This document shows positions 62,462-64,000 of a stretch of DNA of 64,000 nt, piece after piece (positions within the stretch are counted from its first letter, which is position 1; each line of letters starts with the position of its first letter). A program made the position numbers and the translations under genes. The notes beneath the pieces were generated by a model. The model was given only the letters and a program-made list of their open reading frames with translations, did not search any database and was not told where the DNA came from. Source of the DNA: Curvularia clavata (taxonomy: Eukaryota). The stretch covers positions 2,232,001-2,296,000 of the forward strand of contig CP089278.1 of assembly GCA_023920165.1 (NCBI GenBank). Reading direction: 5' to 3'.

Positions 62462-64000
62462 GGTGTGCAGATTGTAGGACAATGGGCTAGGCTATGCTAT
62501 GCTATACTGGAAAGACACGGGGACAACGATATTATGGGGGGTTTGGTGTTTACAGCTTGGGTGACTGTCGTTGTCGAGAGGGGAGAGGAGACGTGACGTC
62601 GACACTTTGGCGCTACTGGTTTGCCTCAATTGGTGTTTCAGCGGCTCGGTAGTAAGTGCAGAGCGGAGGGGCATCAGCATCAGCATCAGCATGTGCATGT
62701 CGCGTAGATGCATCTGCCAAATGAGGCGGATGGAGACATGTGCTGATAGGCGAGACAAACAAAGAAAAAAGCATTTTGCGTGGACAATAGTAGTAAGTAA
62801 TTGGGGCCTTTGTGTAACAGCTGGTGGACCAGGTACGCGTCTTGGCAAAAGAAGACTTGGGATTAGCCGCCACCTGCATGCCGATCACTGGTTCACGGCA
62901 ACCTGCTGTGCCACCCACTGATACATACTGACAACACAGCAATTCTGGTGATTCTGCATGGCCGCGAGGGGGCGCGACAGATGGCAGGGCAGCTCCGCTT
63001 GCATGCAGAGTTTGCCCTCTCGTACGACACCCCTGGCACCATGCTCCGTGGAGACAGACACTGCGCAGGGACTGCGCATGCCGCCCGGTGAACAGCAACG
63101 AGACAAAGGGCGGATGGTTTACATTTATATCGTCAGTTTGTACGTCACAAACCAGCCTCCTGCCGTGTTATTGGCCTCGGTGCTCCCAAGGCCAGCTCCA
63201 AGGACCAGAGCGGCCACGGTACGACTCACGCTCCACCGTGTCGTGCCGCTGTGCTGTAACGCTGGACTTTACAAGCAGTTACATGCCTTGAACTGCAGGC
63301 CGGGGCATGTCATTTAGAGGCGGCACGCAGGCGCGAATCGTGGCCCCGAGGCGCAAAATTTGTCGACGATCTTCTTGGACTGGTCAAGAGGCACGATATT
63401 TTGATACAACCGCGTCAGAGAGCAGCGCGACTACTACACCGACTCGATGGCAATTGTCGGGCGACTTTGACTCGTCAGGACGCCGTCTAGCGATTCTCAC
63501 GGGCTGACTGGACGCCTCGAGCTTTCCACGTGGAGAAGCTACGGCCACCAGGATGACGAGGCCAGGGTTCCCGCGAGGGTTGCATGCTGACCTTGCTTGG
63601 ACCGGCTCGGTTGTGGGAGTCGTTTATCGGACCTGACTGTGCAAAGCAGCACTCGTTGCGGTTGAGGCAGACCGCAACTTGGCGTAGCGTCGGTAGGGAC
63701 AGGGCCGGCCAGAGTCGGCTGGTCATCTGACAAGCTGGCTCCATGGCTAACGATTGTGACGGGCTTAGCAGCACCGGCCACAGCGGTTTAGGATTAATGT
63801 CTTCTGGGCAGCTGACCATGGCGAGTTACAGCACCGTCCAGGCGAGCCTGTGGCCAGAGGACAGTACCGTCTCTGCCTCCCACAGACTTCCCGCCATGCT
63901 AGGGTGGCTGGCCGGCGGCGGCACCGCAGCGCGGAGCGGAACCAACGTCGTCTATGGAGGGGCACAGTCGACACCGCCGTGATAATCCTGGCCTGCCTTG

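Noticed and set aside
62500..64000. Short ORFs and (GCATCA)n repeat upstream of the P450
   Set aside because: No coding signature; treated as promoter/intergenic DNA.

Overview
Gene-dense genomic DNA from a filamentous ascomycete, probably a Dothideomycete/Pleosporales-like fungus (inferred from short GT-AG introns with CTRAC branch points, Zn2Cys6 factors and gene content). About 27 protein-coding genes are supported. Most are housekeeping genes, often in tight head-to-head pairs: APN1/DIM1, SWD3/ISC1, RPA135/ARL8, LRO1/MAK3, CDC7/YCS4 and MRPS17/SCJ1, plus TAF12, COPA and TYS1. The best candidate for an uncharacterised system is a four-gene island at ~39.3-47.1 kb: a CocE/NonD-type hydrolase, a PhyH-type Fe/2OG dioxygenase, a Zn2Cys6 regulator and an MFS transporter. 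Its divergent promoter has a tandem CCG-N4-CGG site and clustered CreA-type motifs. Other points of note: a 214-nt RPA135 intron with a long imperfect inverted repeat; a 6-nt micro-exon supplying a zinc-ligand Cys; an RCR-like gene with two possible N-termini; a possible dual-start APN1; and an orphan protein with short armadillo-like repeats. No tRNA, rRNA, CRISPR array or intact transposon was recognised. All calls come from reading the sequence; no database searches were run.
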